Below are positions 47,482 through 61,515 of a stretch of 64,000 bases of DNA, one piece after another. The notes below the pieces were generated by a model, which was given only the letters and a program-made list of their open reading frames with translations, made no database searches and was not told the origin of the DNA. The position numbers and the translations under genes were made by a program. The stretch lies in contig NW_025964372.1 in NCBI RefSeq assembly GCF_023055435.1, positions 31,930,001 through 31,994,000 of the forward strand, read 5' to 3'. The DNA comes from Haliotis rufescens (taxonomy: Eukaryota). How positions within the stretch are numbered: position 1 is the stretch's first letter; the number at the start of each line of letters is the position of its first letter.

Positions 47482-50400
47482 GTGTCCAGAAAACTATGAT
47501 CGTGGGTCGATTCCTGGTTATGTTTCTAGGTTTGTCAGCACCATACCCGTGGTCATGTGTTTCACCAAAGTGGTAAATGATTAAGATTGATATCAATCTT
47601 GCTTCCCTCCCACATCAAGCTAACACGCCGTGATATAACTGCAATACTGTTTAAAACGACGTTAAACCCAACTCACTCACTCACCTGTACCAGCATCTAC
47701 ATACTTACGATGCTGCTGATGATGATAGTGATAATCAAGACACGTAGGTATGTGATGATCGAATGAGTGAGTAAGTTTTTGTTTTACGCCGCTTTTAGCA
47801 GATTTCCAGCAATATCACGGCGGGGGAAACCAGAAATGGGCTTCATGCATTGTACCCATGTCGGGAATCGAACCCGGTTCTTCGGCGTGAACGCTTTAAC
47901 CACAAGGCTACCCGACCCCCTGACGTTCAAAGGAAATAAACGACTCCGCGTACCAAGACCCTTGATATAAGATAACCTTTTAAGTGTATATAGTTTTATG
48001 TTTTGTGTATATTTTTAGTTCATATATAGTCTCTCGTAACCATTAAAGGGCGGCTCACTTTTTATTGTATTTTGTATAGCATATTTTTACCCTGTACTTG
48101 TGAGGTGAGACTTTAATAAATTATCTGTCTGTCGGTCTGCCCGGCTATATTGTAAACATAAACACATACGCTCAATGGCACTATTACCGAACTAAACATA
48201 ATAACGTTTTGTTCATAATAACTTCTCAGGCTGCTGCTGTCCCGACCTCACGGCACCCGCAAGACACGGCTTCAGTATCTAATATCTCCATCTCACGATG
48301 TTAACAAGATTTAACATGGGTCAACTCTCTCCGACCTGATGTATCCAACTATCTCAAACCTAACATCTCTCTTACCGCTACTGTAGACGGGCAACTCGTC
48401 CGACCAGCTGGCGGAGAGGGTAACCACCATCAGAAGTACTCGCTGAGAGGGCTAATTTTAGTCGAACGGAAACATTTGGTAGAAAGAACTTAAGTGCCAG
48501 CTGGTTGCAACGTAAGCTATGCACCAGCTAGTAACCGCTGGGTTGCCTTTTAATACATTCGGTAAATTGGTGGGATGGTTTTCACACATAAACAGACGCT
48601 ATTCATGATGATATTTGATTAATAGCGGAAGTAGCACAATTGATAAACCACAAATCATACCTTGTACAGGTGTGAAATTAGTTTGATGTATTCATTCCCC
48701 CGCGGGGATTCCGTGACTGAGAAGGCCAACGTACCTCAAGCTTGCAACAGCCGGCTAAAATGGGCATCGTTTATTTCTTGACCACAGACGCGATAGAACA
48801 GATGAATTCCGATTACAGTGTACCAAAGTTGGTTCCAAGAAACCACTGATTTAACCGCTAAATTACCAAACATGAAGTTGCTAATATATCCACATCTTTG
48901 TGTTTAACGCTTGACTCAGCGATAGGGCCGGGTGGGTAGCCTAGTGGTTAAAGCGTTCGTTGATCACGCCAAAGACCCGTGTTCGATTCCCGACATGTAC
49001 AATGTGTGAAGCCAATTTCTGGTATTCCCCGCCGTGATATTGCTGGAATATAGCCAAAAGCGGCGTAAAGCCATACTTACTCACTCAGCAATATTCCAGC
49101 TACATGACCACAGACTATAAATAAACAAGTCTGCATCAGACAATCGCAACTATATAGCGACACTGTATTAATCAGGTATAGGACACACATGTGTGATTTA
49201 TCGCGTATGTGACCCTGAACCCCGAGGATGGAACAGGGTAAGCAGATATTGCTGGATTTTATTGTTGATATCTCATATGACCGTGTTTATCTCGCACTAC
49301 CAGGAGCTAATGGTCTGCAGAAACGGAAATTATAACATTAGAGTCATCGCAAAACGTGAAACATGTTTACACACTATATATATGTCCGGGGATATGATTA
49401 GGCCTGATGACAAAAAAATAACAGCTGTGCAGTTTATCTAATTAGGAAAAAAATTTAAAATTATCACTCACGGAATAGTTTATTACGCAAAACCGACGAT
49501 TTGTTCCTAACTATGTTTCAGTCGGTAATTTACTTTCAAACCTACATGCCTCTGCAACCTCCCATGAACAAATCTGTTAAAACCACAACTCAGAAATGAA
49601 ACGAAACAGCCAATTTACGGGAATGCCTGTTGCATGTCTGATGCGCGTGGTGTGAGTCATAAGCTCGTTACATGCACGTATAGCGCTTGTTCCCATGCTG
49701 TGCCTGTAGATATTCCCAGTTTTAGAATATACCAGGTTTCTCTGAGATTTTATCTTATTGTCGGTTATTCTAGTGGTTAAAGTGTTTGTTCTTCACACTG
49801 TAGGCTGAAGTTGGGTTTCCCCTACCGATACAGTTTATGAAATCCTGCCTATAGGTGTCGTGATGTAGAAGTGCTACACGAGTGGCGCAATACCCCCACT
49901 CACTCACTCACCCACTCTCACTTAGTCACGCGGTGCAGACCGGCTCCCCTTTCCTTCACCCCTAGCGTATTGCTGAGTGTGGCGTTAAACAACAAGCAAC
50001 CAACAAACAATAGAGGTTCAAGGGAATATGTCACCAGTACTTTGGTACTCGCGAACAAAAGAACACCACAGATCGCATGTTGGCATGGAGTTGAATTCCT
50101 TTCCATGAGATAATCAGTACACTGTACCAGTGTTTGTTTTGTATGTTGTTTAACGCCGCACTCAGCAATATTCCAGCTATATGACGGCGGTCTGTAAATA
50201 ATCAAGTCTGGACCAGACAATCCAGTGATTGACATCATGAGCATCCCACGCAATTGGGATACGACGACATGCATCAACCAAGTTAGCGAGCCTGCCCACC
50301 CGATCCCGTTAGTCGCCTTTTACGACAAGCATAGTCGCCTTTTACGGCAAGCATGGGTTGCTGATGACCTATTCTACCCCGGATTTTCACGGGTCGTTTA

Positions 50401-53400
50401 TGCTTTGACTCGTCTACAGCACTGTATTACATACGACCCCTGATCTCCTCCCTACCCACACTCCTACATCAAACCCGTAACATGGACTACCGAGATACAT
50501 GAACATAACTCCCACATCCTCTGTACTAACGATGGTTCTTTGATGGCTGATTAAGCCGTGTCGATCTATGTGCAAGTTCATTCCACGGTTGTTCTAAGTG
50601 CACGTGTGCGAGTTGTCGGAATGCATGCAGCTAAGCGGGCGGATACGAAGAGAGGTGCAATTACGTGCACCTGAAATAGACTAAATGCATGCACGTGCAC
50701 AAAAATAGACCACTCGCGTGCGATGTCAGAATTCCAGGGTGAATGTGCTTTAACTTGGTTCACAAGTGGTTCGGTTCGCTCTTCGTGGCAAAACCGCGAA
50801 AGTTGCAAAAAAAATATATGCATTCTGCAAATAATGCACATTTACAATATGCGAATTTCATTGTGTTCTTTAATGCTATAATAGCCTCCAAACCTGAAGA
50901 AATACGCTCATTTTATCCTGCGTTACAATCTCAAGACATCAGATCTAGCACAAGTATACATATTTGTTTACAGTGAGACCTCATTGATCCGGACCCGCTA
51001 GTCTATGTAAGGAACGTCAAAATAGAAAGGGACGTGCTCGATTATCTAGTGTATCTTATCTCCATGAGGATAGGAATAAACATTTTCTGACCATCATTTC
51101 ATTAAAATTCTAAACTGTAGGGTCGGAATATTGCTAAAAGCGGCGTAAAACCATACTCACTCTTCCCCCCTGGGTACACTTTAGTGAGTGTAAATCATAA
51201 TTCAATCTGAAAATGAACCTGGATGGACCCCCCCATACTATAGAACCACGCGGGTTGTGTCATGCGTCACCCCATTGTCATGTTAATCTATTGCCCCTTA
51301 CACCACCGTATGTGCTACAGTAAAATGTTGCATAGCTGCAGTGAACAGCTCAGCGTGCATAAGCGGCGTGTTGATGTTAGGGTGTTGTGTAAAGGTTTGT
51401 TGTGTTTATCTTATGTGGCAACTCACGAAACATACCAGAAAGAAAATAAAGAAACGTGAGAGCGTCTCAAAATAAACCATGAGAAAATATCAGCAATATA
51501 TGCATCATACAAGCACGCGGTAGTGTTAAGTAGCAGGGATTTGAATAAGCATGGGAGCACGAGCTCGTACGTATTCACACACTTGCATGAAAAGCTTTGT
51601 TTGTTTGTTGTTTAACGCCGCACTCAGCAATATTCCAGCTACATGACTGCGGTCAGAAAAATAATCGAGTCTGGACCAGACAATCCGGTGATGGACACCA
51701 TGTACATCGATCCACGCAATTGGGATACGATGACATGCATCAACCATGTCAGCGAGACTGACCACCCGATCCCGTTAGTCGCCTCTTACAAGCATAGCCA
51801 CCTTTTATGACAAGCATAGGTTGCTGAAAACCTATTCTAACCAGGATCTTCATGAGTCTGCATGAAAGCAGTCAGTGATGTTGGGAAAAACGACTCAAAT
51901 ATATTTCCTTCCCATTTCAACTATGCAACCTATACAAGCAATCATCCATTAAATTATACAACCAAAGATTCGTTGAGCTAAATAATCAATGATTCGTTGA
52001 ACTATACAACCAATGATTCGTTGAACTATACAACCTTTGAGCCATACAATCAATGATTCATTTAACTATACAATCAATGATTCGTTGAGTTATACAACCA
52101 ATGATTTGTCGAACTACCCAATTATTGAACCGTACAATCAATGATTCACTGAACTATTCAATCAATGATTCGCTGAGTTATACAACTAATGATTCGTTGA
52201 ACTTTAAAATCATTGAGCCACACAATCAATGATTCATTGAACTATACAATCAATAATTCGTTGAGCTATACAACCAATGATTGATTAAACTAATCAACCA
52301 CTGAGTCATTTAACTATACAACCAAAGATTCGTTAAGCTTAATAATCAATGATTCGTTGAACTACACAACCATTGACCCATACAATCAATGATTCATTGA
52401 ACTGTACAATCAATGATTTGTTGAACTTCCCAATCATTGAGCCATACAATAAATGATTCGTTGAACTTTATAACCAAAGATCCGTTGAACTATACAACCA
52501 ATTATTTGTTGAACTAGACATGTATCATCATCCAAACATAACTTACCGTCACCGTCGACGGTGGACTTGGCAGCGGTCACTTGTCTTGACACCACCTTCC
52601 CATACATCTGGAAGTCGTTAATGACGTCTGCTTTCTCCTCGGGACTGAACCTTACGAAATCGTTGATCTTGGTCTTCGGGTCAACAGGGAGTGAGTTCAG
52701 ACGGTTCAGACGTCCGGTTATTAACTTCTTGACGGTCAGTATCTCCAGATCTGAACCTGTGTCGATCAGTTCAGACACGAGTTTACAAGTCTCTCCGACC
52801 TCTCCCTTCGAATCCTTCAGGTGCAGTTCAGTCACGTTCAGACTTCGTTCCCTGTCCTTGACTAGTGAGTCTATCTGACCAATCAACGCCTGCCTGTGTT
52901 TCTCGATAGCTTGGATGTAACTGTCCATGAATTTGTTAATCTCAGATTCCACCTGTTTCGCTCGTGTCCGAATCTTGTCTTTAAGAGTTGAGACGCTTTT
53001 TAGACGTGCTTCAACGGCATTGACTTTGGGAACGACGTTTTTTATGAGAAGTTGCATCGAGTCCATCTCCGTTCGAAATAGTTCTGATGACACGAACTGA
53101 CACTGGTGGTCCCTGTGGTCGAGCACAACACAGTCCCGGCATACGACCTCGTCACAACTTGAACAAAACAATTTCAGTTCTTCTGACGTATGTCTAGGAC
53201 AAAATATTTGACGATGAATGTTTTTTCTCGTTTTGTCCGTGTCTGTAGGTTCGTTCACACTGACAAGGTGATGGCCCTTGGTTCGCCGCTGTCGTCTGTG
53301 GGCCTGTTCGCAATAGGAACACAGACTCTCGGAACACTCCACACATCGCACTCTCACCACAGACCCTTCTGTGAGATCAACACAGGAGTCACAGAACTGG

Positions 53401-53945
53401 GGAATGTTGTTGTTGATATTCTGCAAGCAGTCTTCAGCTAGTTTTCTCTCAACCACATGATTTTTATGTAATTCGCTGACGTCCGTTGCGATTTCAACTT
53501 CTCTTAAGCAATCGGGGCACAGAATCATGCGTTTCTTGTGATAGTAAGTGTCGTCTGTTTTGCCGTCTGCTGAATCGAAGGACGGCTGATCTAAACTCGG
53601 AGCAGACGACAACACCTTCGCACTCGATAGCTCCTCCCTTTCACCCGAATCATTCAAATCAGGGCAGTTGATGGGATACGTTCGGAATCCGGAGATGCAC
53701 TCGGAACAAAACGTATGAAGACACGGGAGAATTCGTGGATTTACGAACCTTTGAGAACACGATGTACACACAAGTTTTGGCGAAATGCCTGCACATTTGC
53801 TGGATTCGTCCACGTTGGCCTCCATGCTAACCCGACTGTTAAACGCGTACTCTTCCACGGAACCACTCAGCTGTTCTGAATAGGAAATACAAGAGTCGTC
53901 TGCCTCTACCTGCAGCACGTGAGGCGATCCACCGGCCGCTTCCAT
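42421..53945 (-). CDS. TRIM45: Tripartite motif protein 45 (RING, 2 B-boxes, coiled coil, filamin repeat, Cys/His-rich tail), about 635 aa; exons 53945-52547, 44572-44443, 43786-43672, 43291-43165, 42557-42421
   Basis: The large first exon encodes the RING, B-boxes and coiled coil. Downstream exons encode a filamin repeat (DGTHQLTFTP.QKGTHFLHVAVSGQPVK|DSPF) and the TRIM45-type tail CCTFCQTGG...CGCKGAMPGGFAGCGHGHGNHPGGPHWSCCG...RQVTL*. Phases are consistent. Confidence 0.93.
50132..50395 (-). mobile_element. Short retroposon family C, full length
   Basis: Matches 26555-26814. Confidence 0.85.
51950..52516. repeat. Degenerate ~24-bp array (ATGATTCGTTGAACTATACAACCA) in TRIM45 intron 1
   Basis: Repeated motif visible up to about 30 nt from the exon-1 donor. 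Confidence 0.85.
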
Positions 53946-55085
53946 TTGGAGGTTTATGTAGCTGTCTGCTCTAGATCGACACGCTGTTCAGAACACTATT
54001 GTAACCCTTCCACTCAACGAGCCTATTCAATGCTAACGAATCTCCGTACTGGTGTATAGAACAAATAATCTCGTTTTCAGTCCGTAAAGATTAAGAAGTG
54101 TATGCAGTCTACACTTCACGGGCGTGGGTAAGAACTAAGCAGACCTTGGTCCATACGCTGTTTAACTGTCGTCTGCTTATTCATACGGTTGTCAAACGAG
54201 TTCACGTTCACTCTCATAACATGAAAATAGAACAATTTCAATAGCAGATGTGCGTCAGTCGTTCAAGCCTAATGACACTGAGTTCCCTATTAATGAATTA
54301 TCCTGGCGTGTTGAGCAGGTACACGTCTCACTCAAGGAGGGCGAACAATTGAGTGATCGTCTTCCACAACAAAGGGTGTTGATTACGTCGTCTGACGGCG
54401 ATGCTCCGATATACACCAATCTGTTGTACCGTACACTTATCAGTGTCGAGGCGAAGTGTCAACACTCGTCCTGTACACAACCTACAGCAGCCCAGAACAG
54501 TGATAGGCCCGCTTGGCTTTTGGGATGCGTGTCTTGTCCTACAATAGATGTGAATTTGATGTTATTTATACCTATTATTGAGATTGGATTATAATTTGTT
54601 GGAAACGTGGTGTGATACTGGTGTGTTTAGGAACACAGGTGTGTGCAGGATATCGTAAATAAACATATAACGCTCTCAAATACACATATCACCCTTATCA
54701 AAACGACATTTCACACGTCACGCAAGTCTCTCTCCATTAAAATATACTGTCGAATACTAGCACTCATACAAATAAACATCTTGATCTCAGCATTCTCTCT
54801 GTGTCGCGTTGTTTTTTAAAAATAACTTTGTATTCATGACCCACCCGTAAAGATCTATCAACTTGCTCTCGTCGCTATGAGGCTGAAATAAAGCCGATGC
54901 GACGTAATTTTTTTAACTCACTCACTGTGTCACGGGGCCTTTCTTACCTAAGTGACACCATTATGATAATTAAACAAACAAATACTGTTACATACATTTG
55001 AATGAAAAATTGTTGTAAATAATTTTCTTATGGTGAACTGTATTGCAGAAATGACATGATATCGTGAAACTGTCAATACCATTTA

Positions 55086-55365
55086 GTGAGTGAGTGAGTT
55101 GGGTTTAACGCCGCTTTTAACAGTATTCCAGTTATATCACGGCGTGTCAGCTTAATGTGGGAGGAAAGCCCGAAGTGATGCAGGTCTCAGACGTTTATCA
55201 CTTCGGTGAAACCCACGAGCACGGGTATGGTGCTGACAAACCTAGAAACATAATTGGGTCGAACCGGGATTCGAACCCACAATCATAGGTTTCTGGCGTG
55301 TCCAGGGGACGCAACTCTGCACAGCGAATCGCGGCGCCTTAGACGACTGGGCCACCCGTGCCCCC
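55086..55365 (-). mobile_element. SINE family B, full length, near consensus
   Basis: TSD TCAATACCATTTA; tRNA-like head; Meta-domain-like body; (ACTC)n tail. Confidence 0.9.
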
Positions 55366-55434
55366 TCAATACCATTTAATTAACTGCCGGGCAAAAGAAA
55401 GCATACGTCCATGTTTGATGGTGGCTACAAATGA

Positions 55435-55703
55435 TTGGTTGTTGGTTGGTTGTTTAACGCCGCACTCAGCAATATTCCAGCTATATGACGGCGGTCTGTA
55501 AATAATCGAGTCTTGACCAGACAATCCAGTGATTAATATCATGAGCATCGATCCACGCAATTGGGATACGATGACATGCATCAACCAAGTCAGCGAGCCT
55601 GACCACCCGATCCCGTTAGTCGCCTTTTACGACAAGCACAGTCACCTTTTACGGCAAGCATGGGGTGCTGAAGACCTATTCTACCCCGGAATCTTCACGG
55701 GTC
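55435..55703 (-). mobile_element. Short retroposon family C, full length
   Basis: TSD GGCTACAAATGA. Confidence 0.9.
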
Positions 55704-56545
55704 GGCTACAAATGAAACAAACAAGAAATGAGACGTCATATATATATCCGCACTTGAAGGTTGACCTCGCCTCGGTGCATCGGGGTACAATGTGTGAAGC
55801 CCATTTCTGGTGTCCCCCGCCGTGATTTTGCTGGAATATTGCTAAAAGCGGCGTAAAACCATACTCACTCACTCGGTGCATCGAGTCATGTTTATATATT
55901 TGTTCACTTTCCCGTTATCTCTTTTGGAGATTAGGTTAATCCCAAATATGGTTGTCAATTTGTTCAGATAATAAAATTGTGTTGATGTTGACGTATTTGT
56001 ATATATTCAAAGAACTTTTTGTCTTTGCGTAACTGAGTATGGGGAAACGTGTGTGACCGAGAGCCAGCAAATACCGACAAAATAACATTGTTGCAATGTT
56101 CCTCCGCGAAACCAGAGAACTTCAAAGTAAGCAATCATTGTTACGATATTATTCTGCGCGTTCGGTTCCAAATTCAATTTAGCGCGGTTAGATCTACAGG
56201 TAACCTAGCTCTACATTGAAAATACAGTATGTTTATCTCCTAATTGTCAGCTCCCTGGGACCCATACAACCTTTAACCTCTGATCACAACTCGTTATCTT
56301 TCCACCCTTGCGCGCCTCTACTGCAAGTGTTCCTATAATCCAACGAATACTACAAACCCTATAACACAATAAGGAGACGACGGTTTTGTTGAACGATTTA
56401 AACGCATATAAACATAAACAACTCAAAGAACACCCGATTGTTTCTATTGATATGTCGTCATGCATTCTTTCAGTAGTATATAAACATTAACACATATACG
56501 TTATTTGTATCTGCACTACACTGACATTTATAGTTGTTTACTTCA

Positions 56546-56895
56546 GTGAGGTGAGGTGAAATTGGGTTTAACGTCGCGTCCAAGATTATTGCACTTATAT
56601 AGCGACGTGCATGCACGTGTATGTGTGTTTGTGTGCTGCTTGTACTAGTCCGGACTGATGCCGATTTATAGTGCTAGCTCACTGAGATACCATGCCGCAG
56701 TTTAACATGAATACCCCACTCAGACACAGTATACTGACTCCGAGCCGACCAGTCCTTGTTTTAGCCCCTTAATGCCGAGCGCCAGACAGGGTAACAACAA
56801 GTACAATCTTTTAACGTCTGACGCGGCCCGGGATCGAACCCTGGACCTTCCGCTCTCCGGGCGGACGCTCTACCACAAGACCACGGAGGCGGTCC
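56546..56895 (-). mobile_element. SINE family D, full length
   Basis: TSD TTGTTTACTTCAG. Confidence 0.88.
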
Positions 56896-57451
56896 TTGTT
56901 TACTTCAGAACTGAAACACAAGACCCGTAATGTATCCCCTACCCCACCTATGTGTCGTAAATCTAACGGCCCGGAACTACACCCGAGTACTCATCCCAGC
57001 AGATGTGCAGTTCAGAATGTCCATTAAACATGTTGACATGTTTTCTCCAAAGAACGACAATCAGAAAATATCCGAACATTGTACATGTATGCGACAGTGC
57101 TAAGGAGACAATAGCTTACCTCTACTTTAACGCTGTATCTTCTAGGAAGTGGGAGATCGTATCGAGTGTCTACAAATGCTTCGAGGTATATCTAAACCCC
57201 TCACCGCGTGGCAAATTTATGTTAAGAAATACTAGTACTGCTCAACCTGTTTGTGAAATTCCTGTAGCGTCAACCCCCACTTGAGCGGATCAACGTGGGG
57301 CGCTGCGCCAGTACAAACACACGCCTTCCAATCTGGGAGGGACGATAGTTCATGGCCCGGTCAGTTTGAGTTACCTGTAATCAGAGCGGCGCTCCCGCGA
57401 TAGAATTTCATGGCTGGCTGGCTGTCCAGGGTGAATATTCTTTGTCATGAA

Positions 57452-57588
57452 GGGGAATTCCACACATCACGTGACCAGTCTGCGAGTCTCCGCTATAAAT
57501 ACAAATTTAGCAGGGTATCCAGTCAGTGTTGAAAGTTTTAGCTGAAGTCAAAGTTCTGACTGCAAATCAATGCGATATGACGGTAATA
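57452..57588 (+). promoter_or_regulatory. Putative TATA/Inr core promoter with kB site and E-box, plus short first exon
   Basis: GGGGAATTCC 57452-57461; TCACGTGAC 57467-57475; TATAAATA 57494-57501; TCAGT Inr with A at 57525 (31 nt after the TATA start); possible donor G|GTAATA at 57582/3. Confidence 0.4.
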
Positions 57589-57589
57589 G

Positions 57590-60120
57590 TGCTGACTACA
57601 GTCCAATGTCATATACCTATAACTCTCATATTGTTGACTACAGACCAATGTCATATACCTATTACTATTATATCGTTGACTACAGGCCAATGTCATATAC
57701 CTATAACTCTCATATCGTTGACTACAGGCCAATGTCATATACCTATAACTCTCATATCGTTGACTACAGGCCAATGTCATATACCTACAACTATTATATC
57801 GTTGACTACAGACCAATGTCATATACCTATAACTATCATATCGTTGACTACAGGCCAATGTCATACACCTATAACTATCATATCGTTGACTACAGACCAA
57901 TGTCATATACCTATAACTCTCATATTGTTGACTACAGACCAATGTCATATACCTATAACTATCATATCGCTGACTACAGGCCAATGTCATATACCTATAA
58001 CTATCATATCGTTGACTACAGGCCAATGTCATTTACCTACAACTATTATATCGTTGACTACAGGCCAATGTCATATACCTATAACTATCATATCGTTGAC
58101 TACAGGCCAATGTCATATACCTATAACTATCATATCTTTGAGTACAGGCCAATGTCATATACCTATAAATATCATATCGTTGACTACAGGCCAATGTCAT
58201 ATACCTACAACTATTATATCGTTGACTACAGACCGGTGTCATATACCTATCACTCTCATATCCTCAACTACAGGCCAATGTCATATACCTATAACTCTCA
58301 TATCGTTGACTACAGACCAATGTCATATACCTATAACTCTCATATCATTGACTACAGACCAATGTCATATACTTATTACTATTATATCGTTGACTACAGG
58401 CCAATGTCATATACCTATAACTCTCATATCGTTGACTACAGGCCAATGCCATATACCTATAACTCTCATATCGTTGACTACAGACCAATGTCATATACCT
58501 ATAAATATCATATCGTTGACTACAGACCAATTCATATACCTATAACTATCATATCGTTGACTACAGACCAATGTCATATACCTATAACTATCATATCGTT
58601 GACTACAGGCCAATGTCATATACCTATAACTATCATATCGTTGACTACAGACCAATGTCATATACCTATAACTCTCATATCGTTGACTACAGGCCAATGT
58701 CATATACCTATAACTCTCATATTGTTGACTGCAGACCGGTGTCATATACCTATCACTCTCATATCGTTGACTACAGACCAATGTCATATACCTATAACTC
58801 TCATATCGTTGACTACAGACCAATGTAATATACCTATAACTATCATATCGTTGACTACAGACCAATGTCATATACCTATAACTCTCATATCGTTGACTAC
58901 AGGCCAATGTCATTTACCTACAACTATTATATCGTTGACTACAGACCGGTGTCATATACCTATCACTCTCATATCCTCAACTACAGGCCAATGTCATATA
59001 CCTATAACTATCATATCGTTGACTACAGACCAATGTCATATACCTATAACTACCATATCGTTGACTACAGGCCAATGTCATATACCTATAACTCTCATAT
59101 CGTTGACTACAGACCAATGTAATATACCTATAACTATCATATCGTTGACTACAGACCAATGTCATATACCTATAACTCTCATATCGTTGACTACAGGCCA
59201 ATGTCATATACCTATAACTATCATATCGTTGACTTCAGGCCAATGTCATATACCTATAACTATCATATCATTGACTACAGACCAATGTCATATACCTATA
59301 ACTCTCATATCGTTGACTACAGGCCAATGTCATATACCTACAAGTATTATATCGTTGACTGCAGGCCAATGTCATATACCTACAACTATTATATCGTCAA
59401 GTACAGACCAATGTCATATACCTATAACTCTCATATCGTTGACTACAGACCAATGTAATATACCTATAACTATCATATCGTTGACTACAGACCAATGTCA
59501 TATACCTATAACTCTCATATCGTTGACTACAGGCCAATGTCATATACCTACAACTATTATATCGTTGACTACAGACCAATGTCATATACCTATAACTATC
59601 ATATCGTTGACTACAGACCGGTGTCATATACCTATCACTCTCATATCCTCAACTACAGGCCAATGTCATATACCTATAACTCTCATATCGTTGACTACAG
59701 ACCAATGTCATATACCTATAACTCTCATATCGTTGACTACAGGCCAATGTCATATACCTACAAGTATTATATCGTTGACTGCAGGCCAATGTCATATACC
59801 TACAACTATTATATCGTCAAGTACAGACCAATGTCATATACCTATAACTCTCATATCGTTGACTACAGACCAATGTAATATACCTATAACTATCATATCG
59901 TTGACTACAGACCAATGTCATATACCTATAACTATCATATCGTTGACTACAGACCAATGTCATATACCTATAACTCTCATATCGTTGACTACAGGCCAAT
60001 GTCATATACCTATAACTATCATATCGTTGACTACAGGCCAGTGTCATTTATTTGTTACTATCATATCGTTGACTACAGGCCAATGTCATATACCTGTATA
60101 ATTGCTGACTACAGACCGAT
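57590..60120. repeat. 42-bp minisatellite (CCAATGTCATATACCTATAACTATCATATCGTTGACTACAGG), about 60 units
   Basis: Directly visible; 420-bp higher-order duplication (59281 vs 59701). Confidence 0.98.
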
Positions 60121-61103
60121 GTATATCTAAATTGCCAGATTCCACCTCTCGTATCACTTGTGTTTGCTTCACACAAAATGGTGGCGCCCAGTCAGGACGT
60201 TCTGATCGATGATCAAGTTCTATATCATGATAAAACGGGTCTTACATCGCGAAATGCATCAAATCAAGTGAGCACCTTGATTAAAAACATGAAAAGATTT
60301 GGAAAATATCTGCTGACAACGAGTTGGCGGTGCACATGCTTTGCAAATCCTGCAATCGACCGAAATCTGCACGACAGTTTACGAACCGGATTTCGATTTC
60401 GGTGCGCGATTTTGATTGGACTATGCATAGACTCGTTAGTCCAGCCAAAATGTAACTCCAAAATACCAGCCTAGTTTGGCAAGGGTGGAAACTGGACTTG
60501 TATGGTCAGTTTACTCTCTTGCCTCGGGAAGATGTGGGATACCATACCCTATAGATGTTTGTGTTTGTTAGTCATTAAAACGGCATATTTCTCATTTATG
60601 CGAGATGACGTTCAGTCATACGAAGGCACGTCACCAAAAAGTGACTGATTTACTATCAATACAATGTCAGTGTTTTTACTGAGTGCTGCATGCGTGATGA
60701 GGTGTTTTGCTGCATGCACCTAGGGGTGTAATCGGGGGAAATACAATTGTAAGCACATAAATGCCGTAATAGAGAAGATTTATGATTTTATATGCTCCGA
60801 GGAAAGGTTATTATTTTCCAAAGCACTTGTTTTGTTTTTTTGGGCTACGCAGACGTTACGCCACTGGCATCCTTGTGTATTCAGCTGTGTTCACAAAAAC
60901 GCCACACTCAGCAATATTCCAGCTATATGACGACGGTCTGTAAATAAACGAGTCTGGAGCGGACAATCAAGTGATTGACATCATGAGCATCGATCCACTC
61001 AATTGGGATACGATGACATGCATCAACCAAGTCAGCGAGCCTGACCACCCAATCCCGTTATTCGCCTCTTACGACAAGCATGGGTTGCTGAAGATCAATT
61101 CAC

Positions 61104-61357
61104 TCGTCTAAGGCGCCGCGATTCGCTGTGCAGAGCTGTGTCCCTTGGGCACGCCAGAAACCTAAGATTGTGGGTTCGAATCCCGGTTCGCCGAAATTAT
61201 GTTTCTAGGTTTGTCAGCACCATACCCGTGCTCGTGGGTTTCACCGAAGTAGTAAACGTCTGAGACCTGCATCACTTCGGGCTTTCCTCCTACATTAAGC
61301 TGACACGCCCTGATATATAATGTTAAAAGCGGCGTCAAACCCAACTCACTCACTCAC
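61104..61357 (+). mobile_element. SINE family B copy, abutting a family C copy
   Basis: Matches 55086-55365. Confidence 0.82.
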
Positions 61358-61515
61358 TAATCAGCAACGGAGAAGGGTATGGTTATATGACTATGGCGTT
61401 ATCACCATTTCAAAATCACAAAGAAGTCTCTTCATATCATCTTATGTCTTTACTGGAATGTTTAACCTCCTTTAAATGAGATAAAGGATACAACATTGTA
61501 CACGTACGTAACTTA

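Noticed and set aside
52434-52546. C-terminal part of the 503-aa ORF (KLCLDDD...)
   Set aside because: Read-through into intron 1 past the G|GTAAGT donor at 52547; the real protein continues at 44572.
57526-60130. 843-aa and 339-aa repetitive ORFs
   Set aside because: Translation of a 42-bp satellite; a frameshift near 58530 swaps the peptide repeats, arguing against coding constraint.
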